Of a stretch of DNA of 64,000 nt, positions 19,274-28,663 are shown piece by piece; within the stretch, counting starts at the first letter, position 1; the number at the start of each line of letters is the position of its first letter. The stretch lies in the IMG/VR virus record IMGVR_UViG_3300044998_001357, positions 1-64,000 of that record; one strand, written 5' to 3'. Under the pieces are notes generated by a model, which was not told where the DNA came from, ran no database searches, and saw only the letters and a list, made by a program, of their open reading frames with translations. The stretch comes from a virus. Position numbers and translations under genes: made by a program.

Positions 19274-19798
19274 ATGGAAAAGATCACCCCCACTGAAGCG
19301 GCAGCAGCGATCGCTGGCCTGCTACCGCAATATGAGGCGGGCCTAGCGGCCCGCCACGCGGCCGAACAGGCTCTGGACCAGCGTGCAGTCGAGGCAGCCA
19401 ACGCGGATCTGTCCCAGATCTGCGCCAAAGTCCGAGAGATGATGCAGATCATCACTCCGGAGGAGTTGAGCGATGGCCGATGCTATACCCTCGTGTTAGC
19501 CGCATCTCGCGGCGCAACGCCGCGAGGCCTCCGCGATATTGCGGAGGCTCTCGTAGTCTCTCGCGAGGACGGTATCACCGTCCCAGCGCACCGGTACGAG
19601 TCTATGTTCCGGGGCCGTGGCTGGGCGCGGCTTGAGAAAGGTGATGGTGATGGTGAGGTCTGGGCCGAACGTGTGGCAGGCGGATACCGCCTGCGGAAGG
19701 AAGGCCGATGGATAATCGGCGGTAGCAATGGTCTCACCCACGAGGGAGAGACCACTTGGGATGTCCGCCGAGTAGCGGGCATGTGGATAGCTTCGTGA
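19274..19798 (+). CDS. Hypothetical protein bracketed by two twisters
   Basis: GGAGGAG RBS before MEKITPTE; open 174 codons. Confidence 0.7.
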   Translation: MEKITPTEAAAAIAGLLPQYEAGLAARHAAEQALDQRAVEAANADLSQICAKVREMMQIITPEELSDGRCYTLVLAASRGATPRGLRDIAEALVVSREDGITVPAHRYESMFRGRGWARLEKGDGDGEVWAERVAGGYRLRKEGRWIIGGSNGLTHEGETTWDVRRVAGMWIAS

Positions 19799-19820
19799 GG
19801 CGTTTCCAACTCTGGACTGA

Positions 19821-19903
19821 GCAGAGTGGCCCGTCCTCCCTATAGAGGGGGGGCGGGTTAATGCCCCAGGCTGCATGGTGTGGCCTGGCCGTCACAAGGC
19901 GGC
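19821..19903 (+). ncRNA. Twister ribozyme, copy 2
   Basis: Core identical to copy 1; P1 and P3 differ in sequence but remain paired (including G-U); predicted cut U19859^A19860. Confidence 0.85.
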
Positions 19904-19985
19904 ATTCGAGCGGGTCGGTCCCGCAGGAGATTCTAGGGTTCGCCAAGGCGACCTCTTGGCTGGCCTTGACAGAAAGGAGCAACGG

Positions 19986-20330
19986 ATGAAATTTCGTATT
20001 GAGGTAGAAACCAATAAGGGTTATAGGGTATGGATAGCCCGCATCACGGGAACCTACATTCGATACGGCCTGAGACGGTCGTTTATCCCGGCTGATGTAT
20101 ACAGCCGGAACCGCAAATACCAAACTGTGAATCAAGTTTGGGAGTTGGGTTCCGGCTTATACGAGCTAATCAGAACGAAAAAGAATAATGAGTTTTTTAT
20201 ACTATATCACTATGACGGCGGGCTGGCCAAGAAGACCATCGATATGGCCCGCGTGAAGGCCATCGCCCGGCTGCTGGACGCGGGCGAAGACTTCGAGTCT
20301 GCCCGGCTGGCGACCAAGTCCGGCGCGTAG
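19986..20330 (+). CDS. Hypothetical protein
   Basis: AAGGAG RBS; WIARITG...YGLRRSF pattern. Confidence 0.7.
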   Translation: MKFRIEVETNKGYRVWIARITGTYIRYGLRRSFIPADVYSRNRKYQTVNQVWELGSGLYELIRTKKNNEFFILYHYDGGLAKKTIDMARVKAIARLLDAGEDFESARLATKSGA

Positions 20331-20521
20331 GCGCTGGCGGGGTGCGCACCGGGCGCTGCTGTCGAGTGAGCCCGTACTAGCGGCAGGGCGGTAATCGCCC
20401 CCCTGTCGGACCTGTTCTTCATCTCAGACAGTCCGTTCCTCTGATTCATTCAGGGGAGATACTGTGGGGAGTATAGTCTGCCCCTAAACCATTTTCACCC
20501 TTTGATATGAGAGGAAATATC

Positions 20522-21055
20522 ATGAACGAGAGTACCTTCCTGGCCTACCTGGCCCATGCCCCGCACCTGATTCCGGTCGAGTTCCCAAGCAAGGTGTGGA
20601 CCGTTACCCACACCGATGTGAATCATAAACGCGCATTGGTGTGCGCTCATCTGCGCTGGAGCGTACACAACAGCAAGATTAAATGGGCCACAGCGTTCAC
20701 AAGCCGGGGTCGGTTTGTGTACGCGTGCCGTGATAGAAACCTCATGAGTGGTCATGTCGCCAACAAAGCGAAGTATTTCGCTCAGTACGCCACACAACGA
20801 CGATTCTTCATACCACAAGGAAGATTCTTGCTTCGTCTGGACGCCGACACCGGCTTCCGGAAGGTCATCTACTGCCTACCAAAGGGATGGAAGAGAGGAT
20901 TTTACATCGACCATCCCGACGTGCTGGCCTACTGGGACTTGGTCCACTCCAAAGAAATGCCCGCAGAGATACTGTGGGATATGTGCGAGGAGTTAGGGCT
21001 GGTCCAGCCAGGAGCAGAAGAGAAGCACAAGTCTACCTGCGTACCTGTAGTGTGA
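20522..21055 (+). CDS. Hypothetical protein
   Basis: GAGG RBS; C-terminal PAEILWDMCEELG motif. Confidence 0.6.
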   Translation: MNESTFLAYLAHAPHLIPVEFPSKVWTVTHTDVNHKRALVCAHLRWSVHNSKIKWATAFTSRGRFVYACRDRNLMSGHVANKAKYFAQYATQRRFFIPQGRFLLRLDADTGFRKVIYCLPKGWKRGFYIDHPDVLAYWDLVHSKEMPAEILWDMCEELGLVQPGAEEKHKSTCVPVV

Positions 21056-21214
21056 TTGGTATTGCCCTATATAGGGTGCTTATGTCAGAGCTCCACCTAC
21101 TCGTGGAGCTCCGCAACTGAGCAGGGAAGAGGGATAATCGCGTCCCTCGAGCGGCGAATCCCTATCCTTCTTTGAGGTGACCAAAATAATTCCGGGACAG
21201 ATAAGGAGGTTCCT

Positions 21215-21682
21215 ATGCGACACACTGTTTTTCTGCTCTCCCTCTGTAATTTAGCTTACCTGGTCATGCCAGGCCATGAGCATGTCCTACGGATGCGTCG
21301 GCTCCTTTGGGGGAGAAAAGCCCTCCGCTGGCTCAAGGAGCTAGCGGTGCGATGGCGACGAAAGCTGGCTCACACCCTCAGGCTCCTTGCCGAGAGGGTC
21401 GATGTTCCCGACTGGTCCATACCCAAACGGGAGGAGTACAAGGTACGGCCCGACGAACACGGCCGACCCGAACTAGTGCTCGCTGAAGAGCCCGAGCCGG
21501 TGATTGCCACCCCCTTCTGCCTGGATGAGCTCTCCCACGAGGAGCTTATCATCCATGGCAAGAAGCTCGGAGTGAAGGGACTACAAAAACAGATGCGCCG
21601 TGATACCATCCTGAAGCGCATCAAATCGGCATGTGAAACCCAACGCTCAGGGTCGGTTAGGGCCGGAGTTCGTGCGCGATAA
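21215..21682 (+). CDS. Hypothetical protein with C-terminal Rho_N/HeH-like motif
   Basis: AAGGAGG RBS; LDELSHEEL...KKLGVKGL.KQMRRDTILKRI. Confidence 0.55.
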   Translation: MRHTVFLLSLCNLAYLVMPGHEHVLRMRRLLWGRKALRWLKELAVRWRRKLAHTLRLLAERVDVPDWSIPKREEYKVRPDEHGRPELVLAEEPEPVIATPFCLDELSHEELIIHGKKLGVKGLQKQMRRDTILKRIKSACETQRSGSVRAGVRAR

Positions 21683-21994
21683 GCAGCAAGGCACTTGGGA
21701 CGCTTGACAGGTGGGCGGTTGTCCGTGCCTTGCTCCTGTCGCGTCCTCGATGCCGACAGATTTGCGTCGTGTCTGTTCATGAGGCGCTTCGGGCAATCCC
21801 GCCTAATGGACAACCGGTGCCGAGCTATCATTGTCCCTGCCAAGCGCCGGAATGCTCTTCAATGCCCTCGGCAGGACGTTAACCTCCGACAGCATGGGCG
21901 GGAACAAGACACCAATCGTTGCTAGAGACAGGCGAGCCATACGCCTGCGTCGATTGACAGTCGAAGGCCGTAACAATAAAACTGGATATGTGAT

Positions 21995-22228
21995 ATGCAT
22001 GAAGTAACAAACGCCGACCGCGCCGACTTCGCCCTCACCGCCCTAGAGGCTTTTGCCGCTCAGACCGGACAGTTAAAGTCCGGTCAATGGGATGAGGATA
22101 TGCAGACCGTCGTACAAGACCTTCTGTGCGACCTTATGCACTACTGCGGACAGAACAATATTGACTTCGCCCTCACGCTCAAAGGAGCGTTGGGGTGCTA
22201 CAAGGAGGAACAGGAGGAAGAAGAATGA
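21995..22228 (+). CDS. Hypothetical phage protein
   Basis: NADRA..A..AL...DLLCDLMHY; coupled to next gene. Confidence 0.65.
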   Translation: MHEVTNADRADFALTALEAFAAQTGQLKSGQWDEDMQTVVQDLLCDLMHYCGQNNIDFALTLKGALGCYKEEQEEEE

Positions 22229-22674
22229 CCCAGCAAGAAGCTGAAGCCTTGGCGCTTCCACTGATGCAGCAATGGGGACTGACCAAGTTCGGTTGGTCCC
22301 TTTCCTTTAGTAAGGCACGATTCGCCCTCGGTCAATGCCACTTCGCAAAGAAACAGATTCGTCTATCTATTTACCTCCTCGCTCTTAACGAGCAAGAAAA
22401 GGTAAAGGATATCATTCTTCACGAAATCGCCCACGCCCTAGCCGGACCTGAGGCAGGACATGGGCCTCTCTGGCGCGCCTGGGCAAGGAAGGTAGGAGCC
22501 CAACCCGAGCGGCGCATCAACGCCAATATCCCCCCAGGCGATTGGTCTTCCACCTGCCGGGCGTGTGGTCTGACCCACACCATGTATCGCAAACCCAAAC
22601 GGCAGTACTACTGCCAGTGCCGCAAATCAGGAGTCTTGGAATGGACGAATACCCCTACTGCTCAGGCAAGCTAA
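22225..22674 (+). CDS. SprT-like zinc metalloprotease
   Basis: LGQC...IRLS...HEIAHAL...HGPLW plus C-terminal CxxC...CxC. Confidence 0.85.
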   Translation: MTQQEAEALALPLMQQWGLTKFGWSLSFSKARFALGQCHFAKKQIRLSIYLLALNEQEKVKDIILHEIAHALAGPEAGHGPLWRAWARKVGAQPERRINANIPPGDWSSTCRACGLTHTMYRKPKRQYYCQCRKSGVLEWTNTPTAQAS

Positions 22675-23036
22675 CTCCCCTAGGTGTTCTTATCCCCCCT
22701 TCTGTTAACACTAACACTCGAGGACGAGTAGTAATAACCTCCGATATCCGAGTCCCGTACATCCGGGATAGACCAAATAGACATTGTTAGACACGCAGAT
22801 GACTTTTTGGACCGGGGTAGACACCAAATTTACCCCGGACCCCATGTATAACTTTGTCTAGTTTCTTACCCATCTAACCTTACGCTGGTCACTTTTTCGA
22901 CCGTAGACTATCCGGCTATGCGGAATTAGGTGTCGATTCTCGCTTGGGGCGGGCGTAAGATACCTACAGTGAAATCCGAAGTTGGATTCGCCTGCGGCCA
23001 CGGCCGTGGCCCTTGACCGGGCCAGGAGAACACACA

Positions 23037-23288
23037 ATGGCACGCTATACCCTGTACCAGACAGGCCCCGACAACAGTAGCACCTACGCGGAGTGCTGGG
23101 GCAGCACGCGGACGAGTCGTGGGCGAGAGGTTGCGACGGCATCCACGCTCGTCGGCCTAATGGATGCCGTGGACCAGTTCGACCACGACAACTGGTCCAT
23201 CTATGGCCCCGGCGCTCGCTACATCTGTGGCAGTCGCCGTGACTACTACGCCCTGCCCTCCATCGCCCGCCTTGAAGGGAGGGCCTGA
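23037..23288 (+). CDS. Hypothetical protein
   Basis: AGGAG RBS before MARYTLY. Confidence 0.55.
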   Translation: MARYTLYQTGPDNSSTYAECWGSTRTSRGREVATASTLVGLMDAVDQFDHDNWSIYGPGARYICGSRRDYYALPSIARLEGRA

Positions 23289-23289
23289 G

Positions 23290-23478
23290 ATGTACACCAC
23301 ACGCAGAATCTTTCTGCCCGAGTTGCGCCGCCTCCACATGGCGCATCCAGACTTCGCCGACTCAGGTTGGGCTATCGTCCGTCTCGATGGCGATGAAGAG
23401 ACCGTTATCGACTGGTTCGCCGACCGCCATGCCGCAATTGCAGAAGTGGACCGTCTCAACGAGGAGGAACAGTCATGA
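23290..23478 (+). CDS. Hypothetical protein
   Basis: GGAGG RBS; abuts previous stop. Confidence 0.5.
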   Translation: MYTTRRIFLPELRRLHMAHPDFADSGWAIVRLDGDEETVIDWFADRHAAIAEVDRLNEEEQS

Positions 23479-23550
23479 CTGCTTGCGTGATGGACCTGCC
23501 GGCTCATAGTAATGCATAGTGGCCCGTGACAGGGCCGGGAGAATATCGTC

Positions 23551-24129
23551 ATGGCAACCGTACAACTGGTCGCTGTCCGGTCTGGGGTGGCGACGGTACA
23601 GAAGGACAACGAGGCCCCGGTCGAGATGACGTGGGGCCTGCTGCACGATGCCCAGCAACAGGACGGTGCGACGGGCTACGTGTACCGCTGGCTGATGCAC
23701 GAGTTCTGCCGCTGTGAGTATGACCAGCGGCAGGGAAAGCCGTGGCAGTCGCCCCGGCGCGAGGTCGAAGAAATCGTGGCCGACCTGCGTGCCCAAGACG
23801 CACGAGCCGCCGCCGAAGCGGAAGCGGCTCGTATGGAGAGGCAGGAGCGGCAGGCCGCAGAGGACCGTCGCCGCAGGCGGGACGAAGAAGTCCGCAGGGT
23901 CGAGGCCGAGCGGCGGCAGACTGCCGATGACGACCCGTGGTGGCCCATCCCGTGGTGGGAAGTCCCCGTGGGCGTGCGGTTCGACACGCCGGGTCGCAAT
24001 CAGGGGCAGATTGTCGAGGTCAGCTTCGGCACGTTCGGCAGGGCCGAAGCCGGAAGCATCGACCCTTACATGAACGTCACCGACCACAGTGACGGCAGCA
24101 GTCGGACCTATAAGCGGCGTTCCATCTAA
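23551..24129 (+). CDS. Hypothetical protein with charged coiled-coil
   Basis: GGAG RBS; 192 aa. Confidence 0.6.
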   Translation: MATVQLVAVRSGVATVQKDNEAPVEMTWGLLHDAQQQDGATGYVYRWLMHEFCRCEYDQRQGKPWQSPRREVEEIVADLRAQDARAAAEAEAARMERQERQAAEDRRRRRDEEVRRVEAERRQTADDDPWWPIPWWEVPVGVRFDTPGRNQGQIVEVSFGTFGRAEAGSIDPYMNVTDHSDGSSRTYKRRSI

Positions 24130-24203
24130 CATCTCGACTCCCGCCCCACGTCGGGCCGGTCTAGCAACCGACGTGGGGCACTACGGTTACAGGAGAAACA
24201 CTA

Positions 24204-24452
24204 ATGGCGTACAAGTACCGCACTATCGAAGTTGATGAACACGGTCGGTCCTGCATCGTCGCCGTGAATGGTGACGAGGAGGCTGAGGTTGGCGGCTACG
24301 GCGACGGACTCACGGTGGGTGACGAAGTGGAATTTTCCGATGGGTCGGTGTGGACGGTGGATAAGGTCTATTCGCGCATCCAAACAGGAAACCCCGGCTC
24401 TGGTACGGCCAACTTCGTCGCCGTGGACCTCGTGCAGGGTGAGGAGGATTGA
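24204..24452 (+). CDS. Hypothetical acidic protein
   Basis: AGGAG RBS. Confidence 0.6.
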   Translation: MAYKYRTIEVDEHGRSCIVAVNGDEEAEVGGYGDGLTVGDEVEFSDGSVWTVDKVYSRIQTGNPGSGTANFVAVDLVQGEED

Positions 24453-24552
24453 GCCGTGCCCAAGCACCCGACGCACGACGTGGACTATGACCCGCCGGGC
24501 TTGCCTGCTGCATCGAAGAAGGTCAGGACAGCACCGGAAGGCGACGTAAGCC

Positions 24553-25652
24553 ATGAACCTGCCAGACTGGAACATTGAGCACGTCGAGGACTCGGCTCGG
24601 GACTACAGGGTCCATGCGACCTACGGCCCCGAGCCGAGTGCCTGCATCCACTGCGGCAATGGCACGAAGCTGTACCGGCACGGCACTCGTGAGCAACTGT
24701 TGATGGACCTGCCCGCCCACGGCAAGCTCACCCGCAATCGCTACCGCTGTCAGGACTGCGGCAAGACCTTCCTCCAGCCCTTGCACGACGTGGACGAGCG
24801 GTCGCCGATGAAGTCGGCGTGGACGAGAAGACCGTCCGCAATCTGTTCCGGGCCTACATCGAACGGCTGGACAGCACCACCGTATTCGACACGCCCGAGT
24901 GGATGGGAATAGATGAAGTCCACCTGCTGAGAAAGCCTCGCTGTGTCCTGACCAACATCAAGGAGCGGACCATCATCGCCGTGCTGGAGAAGCGGACCAA
25001 GAAGGTCGTACTGGCCCACCTGAAAGCCATGCCCGACAAGGACCGCATCAAGGTCGTCACGATGGATATGTGGGGGCCGTACTACGACGCCGTGTCCGAG
25101 GTACTGCCCGACGCCGACATCATCATCGACAAGTTCTATGTCGTTCGCATGGCGAGTGCGGCGATGGAGGCGGTCAGGAAGTCGCTGCGGGCCGGGTTGG
25201 AGGCCAAGACTCGCAGGAAGTTGATGCACGACCGCTTCATCCTGCTTCGACGGAACCGTGACCTGAAGCCAGAGCAACTAGAGACGCTGGGCCAGTGGTC
25301 GCAGATGTTCGCAGAGGCGTACAAGCTCAAGGAGGACTTCTATGACCTCTGGAGCATCCCACAGAAGTCAGACGCCAAGGCCGCTTACAAGACGTGGCGG
25401 AACTCCATCAAGGGCACGGAACTGCTGACCGCCTTCCAGCCGCTCCTGACCGCCATGCACAACTGGGAGACGCCCATCTTCGCCTACTGGGACCACCGGG
25501 CCACGAACGCCTTGACTGAGGCCCTAGACGGTGTGGCGAAGTTGATGCAGCGGCAGGGGCGGGGCTACTCCTTCGAGGCCATCCGTGCCAAGATGCTCTA
25601 CTCGCCGACGCTCCAGAAGCAGCAGGCGAGGCCGTGCCACCGCTCCCTCTAG
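24553..25652 (+). pseudogene. ISL3-family transposase, split by frameshift/internal deletion
   Basis: Zn finger CIHCG...RYRCQDCGKTF in one frame; MGIDE, VTMDMW..Y, IIIDKFYVV, TNALTEA...GYS in another; intervening region shortened. Confidence 0.85.
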
Positions 25653-25891
25653 GCACAAATATCGATGCCCTGCTCCTAATGTTAGAAGCAGAAAAGCGGT
25701 GCCCTAGAGAGTCGAAATACTTGTTTCCAAATAGCCGGTTTTAGCACGAAAGAAGGGGAGAAAAGGGACGGAAGACCGGCCAACCGGAACATTTTACCTT
25801 ATAGCACAAGAATATTTCCGGTATTAAATCGCACCTTTTCCGCCACACTAAACTGTTCTATCCAATCTATCCAACAGAAAGCGAGACGAAA

Positions 25892-26266
25892 ATGGCAGGC
25901 ATCAAGGTTTGTGTAACCCTCCAAGACATCAAGAATGGCCGACCAGGAGAGTGCAACCTCTGCCCAATTGCCCTGGCTCTGACTCGGGTGACTAAAGACA
26001 GGGAAGTGATGGTCTACAATAAAGACTACATCATCTGGATAGAGGTGGGGGGACATACTCTCTTGGCACCACCGGAGGTCCAGCGGTTTGTGCGGATGTT
26101 CGATAAGCAACCTCGGACGGGCGATGGCTACATCGACATCTACCACAAGAATTACAACCCACCCATACCCTTCGAGTTTGAATTGCCGGATGTGGGTGGC
26201 CCAGAATGGCAGGAGCCGTGCTGTCACTGCGCACAAGCAGAACTGGACGGTGAGCAGTGTGACTAG
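25892..26266 (+). CDS. Hypothetical protein
   Basis: VT..DI..G....C..CPIALAL pattern. Confidence 0.6.
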   Translation: MAGIKVCVTLQDIKNGRPGECNLCPIALALTRVTKDREVMVYNKDYIIWIEVGGHTLLAPPEVQRFVRMFDKQPRTGDGYIDIYHKNYNPPIPFEFELPDVGGPEWQEPCCHCAQAELDGEQCD

Positions 26267-26471
26267 GCTGTTCTGCCCAATCTACCCGACTTTATCCTTA
26301 CAAGCAGTACGCACTGACCCTATCTCAGATAGACCAGTACTGAAGCGTTCGGCTGTCCGATTGGGTGGCATAATAGGGACGGTGAGACATGCGCCGATAG
26401 CGGCCTAACGAACAACTGTACCTCTCCCTGGGCAACGCACGCTGATTGCCGGATTCGGAGGGCGATAGCCC

Positions 26472-26777
26472 ATGACGGAGAATGAAAAGAATACCAGTGT
26501 TCGCCTGGCTTTTGCCGAGTTGTTCGGGGAGTATCAGGAGATGGCCGTCGTCTCCCTTCTGCGCGAACGACCGGCTGGGGAGAAATTAACCGCCCGGGAA
26601 CTACGGCTGGTGGTCGAATACATCACCCACCTCAATCGACCCGACCGTTTGCGAACCAACGCCGAGACCTTCCGCGAGGGGGAGTTCTCGAAGAAGTTGT
26701 GTCGCCTCCTAGGCTTCGCCACACCAGAGGATGTGTTCGACCGGTATGGTCGTTATGGGAGCGCGATTATTGTATAA
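26472..26777 (+). CDS. Hypothetical protein
   Basis: GGAGG RBS; 101 aa. Confidence 0.55.
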   Translation: MTENEKNTSVRLAFAELFGEYQEMAVVSLLRERPAGEKLTARELRLVVEYITHLNRPDRLRTNAETFREGEFSKKLCRLLGFATPEDVFDRYGRYGSAIIV

Positions 26778-26896
26778 CCACTAAAGAACAGGGGGTCGAA
26801 CGAATGACCTTGCGTACACTCGGTTATACTTTATGCTAGGGCTGGGACTATTTAAGCAGGAGAAAAGACAACTTCACCACATTCTTGGGCACGACG

Positions 26897-27130
26897 ATGA
26901 GCAACGTATGGAACCGAGCCACCCTGGTGGGACAAACCTTCGGGCGGCTCACGGTGATGTCCTATACTAATCGTAGACTATCCACTGGACATATCGTCTG
27001 GTTTTGTCGCTGCGAGTGCGGCGGCAGCGCCGAAGCAACAACCGCCAATCTTCGGTCGGGAAATACGCAATCCTGTGGCTGCCTCCAGCGGGAGCGTAGC
27101 AGGAAACCAAACACTGAACGCTCCACTTGA
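26897..27130 (+). CDS. N-terminal Cys-rich domain of phage HNH/AP2-type endonucleases, stand-alone or remnant
   Basis: GQTFGRLTV...WFCRCECG...NLRSGNTQSCGC with no nuclease domain following. Confidence 0.65.
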   Translation: MSNVWNRATLVGQTFGRLTVMSYTNRRLSTGHIVWFCRCECGGSAEATTANLRSGNTQSCGCLQRERSRKPNTERST

Positions 27131-27204
27131 GACTTTGACGCTAAAATCGCACGAGTGCTTAGTGGGGGTTCGAGTATATCTAGGACACCTAATGAGGAAT
27201 AAGT

Positions 27205-27600
27205 ATGGTGATGCAAACATTCACGATTGATAAACTGGTGGATACTCTCGGACTGGAAACTGTCAGCGAGTATATCAGGGAACTCCTGGGCGAAGAACCC
27301 AAGGCCGACGCAACACTCGACTTTGAGCGTCGGTGCGCAGTCGAGAATAAGTGGTGGCAGGCTGAAGTACGACTGGCTCGACTAAGCGAGCAATACGCCG
27401 TCATGTGGGAGTGGTGTTACGAGAATGGTGATGCCAATCATACCCTCATCGAGGTGGGCCACACCGACGAATTTCTCTGGGACAAGATGCGAGACTTCGC
27501 CCGACAGCTAGACATTCCTTCAGGCGACGGAACGATTCGATTGGGGGAGATTACCTACAAACCTGCCGTCTGGCACGACATCGAAACTCACGACGAGTGA
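27205..27600 (+). CDS. Hypothetical protein
   Basis: GAGG RBS; followed by terminator. Confidence 0.6.
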   Translation: MVMQTFTIDKLVDTLGLETVSEYIRELLGEEPKADATLDFERRCAVENKWWQAEVRLARLSEQYAVMWEWCYENGDANHTLIEVGHTDEFLWDKMRDFARQLDIPSGDGTIRLGEITYKPAVWHDIETHDE

Positions 27601-27619
27601 GCCAATCATCCATCGCAGG

Positions 27620-27652
27620 AGCCGGGTAAAATCTACCCGGCTTTTTCATTTT
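27620..27652 (+). terminator. Intrinsic terminator
   Basis: AGCCGGGTA/TACCCGGCT stem followed by T-run. Confidence 0.75.
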
Positions 27653-27665
27653 AATGGAATAAAAG

Positions 27666-28277
27666 ATGAGCTCGAAAAAGGCCGACGTGAAACTTACGCT
27701 ATATGAGAGGGGATTGCTTCGCTACATTGGGATACCTGTCCGGGTGGGCGGAAAGTCACTCCAGGAGTTACATGAATTCTTTGGGTCGGACTGGCCGATT
27801 GAGGCTTCTCTTAAGAAGCTTATCTTTTGTGAGCTAGTGAAAAAATGTATTACAGAAGAATACTATGATTTTACAGAGAAGGGTGGCAAAACTCTTTTCT
27901 GGTTCAATCACCATTTTCCCAGCGCCATCCAACTAGCGACACTAAAAAGGATTAAACTAGGCCTAGGAACTCACTTATCCGCCGATGAAAAAGAGGTAGC
28001 GAATAAACTTATCCAGGCTGGCTGGGTAAAGATAGCAAACGATAGTCGCTTTATTCTTACTGAAACAGGCTATCTTGTCTCTCGATGGATTGAAAGTGAG
28101 TGGATTGTCAAAGAAGACCAAATCGCCATCCAGGTCATCCAAAGTTCGCCGTTTGGTTTCGATGTTCCGCTCGGGGTCTTGGCCGACTGGGCCGAAGAAA
28201 CGGACCATCCCGAGGCGGCAACTGTCCGGATTATGCACTGGGTAAAGGAAAAGATTGGGCCATGGAAATCCAGCTGA
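27666..28277 (+). CDS. Hypothetical protein, wHTH-like repeats and C-terminal VLADW.EE motif
   Basis: Two 'L...x.V......x..TE.G' winged-helix-like segments; GVLADWAEETDHP. Confidence 0.55.
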   Translation: MSSKKADVKLTLYERGLLRYIGIPVRVGGKSLQELHEFFGSDWPIEASLKKLIFCELVKKCITEEYYDFTEKGGKTLFWFNHHFPSAIQLATLKRIKLGLGTHLSADEKEVANKLIQAGWVKIANDSRFILTETGYLVSRWIESEWIVKEDQIAIQVIQSSPFGFDVPLGVLADWAEETDHPEAATVRIMHWVKEKIGPWKSS

Positions 28278-28405
28278 CAGTCGAAGGTTGACCAAGCTAT
28301 CTTTGATGCTATTGTTTGGCTATCAAGGAGAGGTCAATCCCGGGATACCTACCGTGGAGTTGGTCACCGAATTAATATCTCCGGTTCCGAAAGAGGGGGT
28401 GGATA

Positions 28406-28663
28406 GTGGATATCGCCGGAATGGTACGGGATGGTTATTTGAAGCTGCAAGCCATGACCCGTGACGCCAGCTGGGAGGATTATCAAGTCCTCACCCAGGG
28501 GAAGCCTTACCAAATCGTGATTCAGAAAGCGGAAGCCTATAAGGTTATGGTCTATCGGGCCATCGAACGAGGCCCCAATATTCCCGACCGAATCGGCGCG
28601 GTTTATGTCGAATTGATGGATGCATTTGAGGAGGCAAGCGAATGGATATCCGACAAGTTGTGA
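28406..28663 (+). CDS. Hypothetical protein
   Basis: GAGGGGG RBS, GTG start. Confidence 0.45.
   Translation: MDIAGMVRDGYLKLQAMTRDASWEDYQVLTQGKPYQIVIQKAEAYKVMVYRAIERGPNIPDRIGAVYVELMDAFEEASEWISDKL

Noticed and set aside
21071-21165. HDV-like ribozyme or cobalamin riboswitch
   Set aside because: GGCGAAU and CCGCAACUG resemble parts of these, but the nested P1/P2/P3 order and B12-box arrangement do not fit; kept only as an unassigned structured RNA
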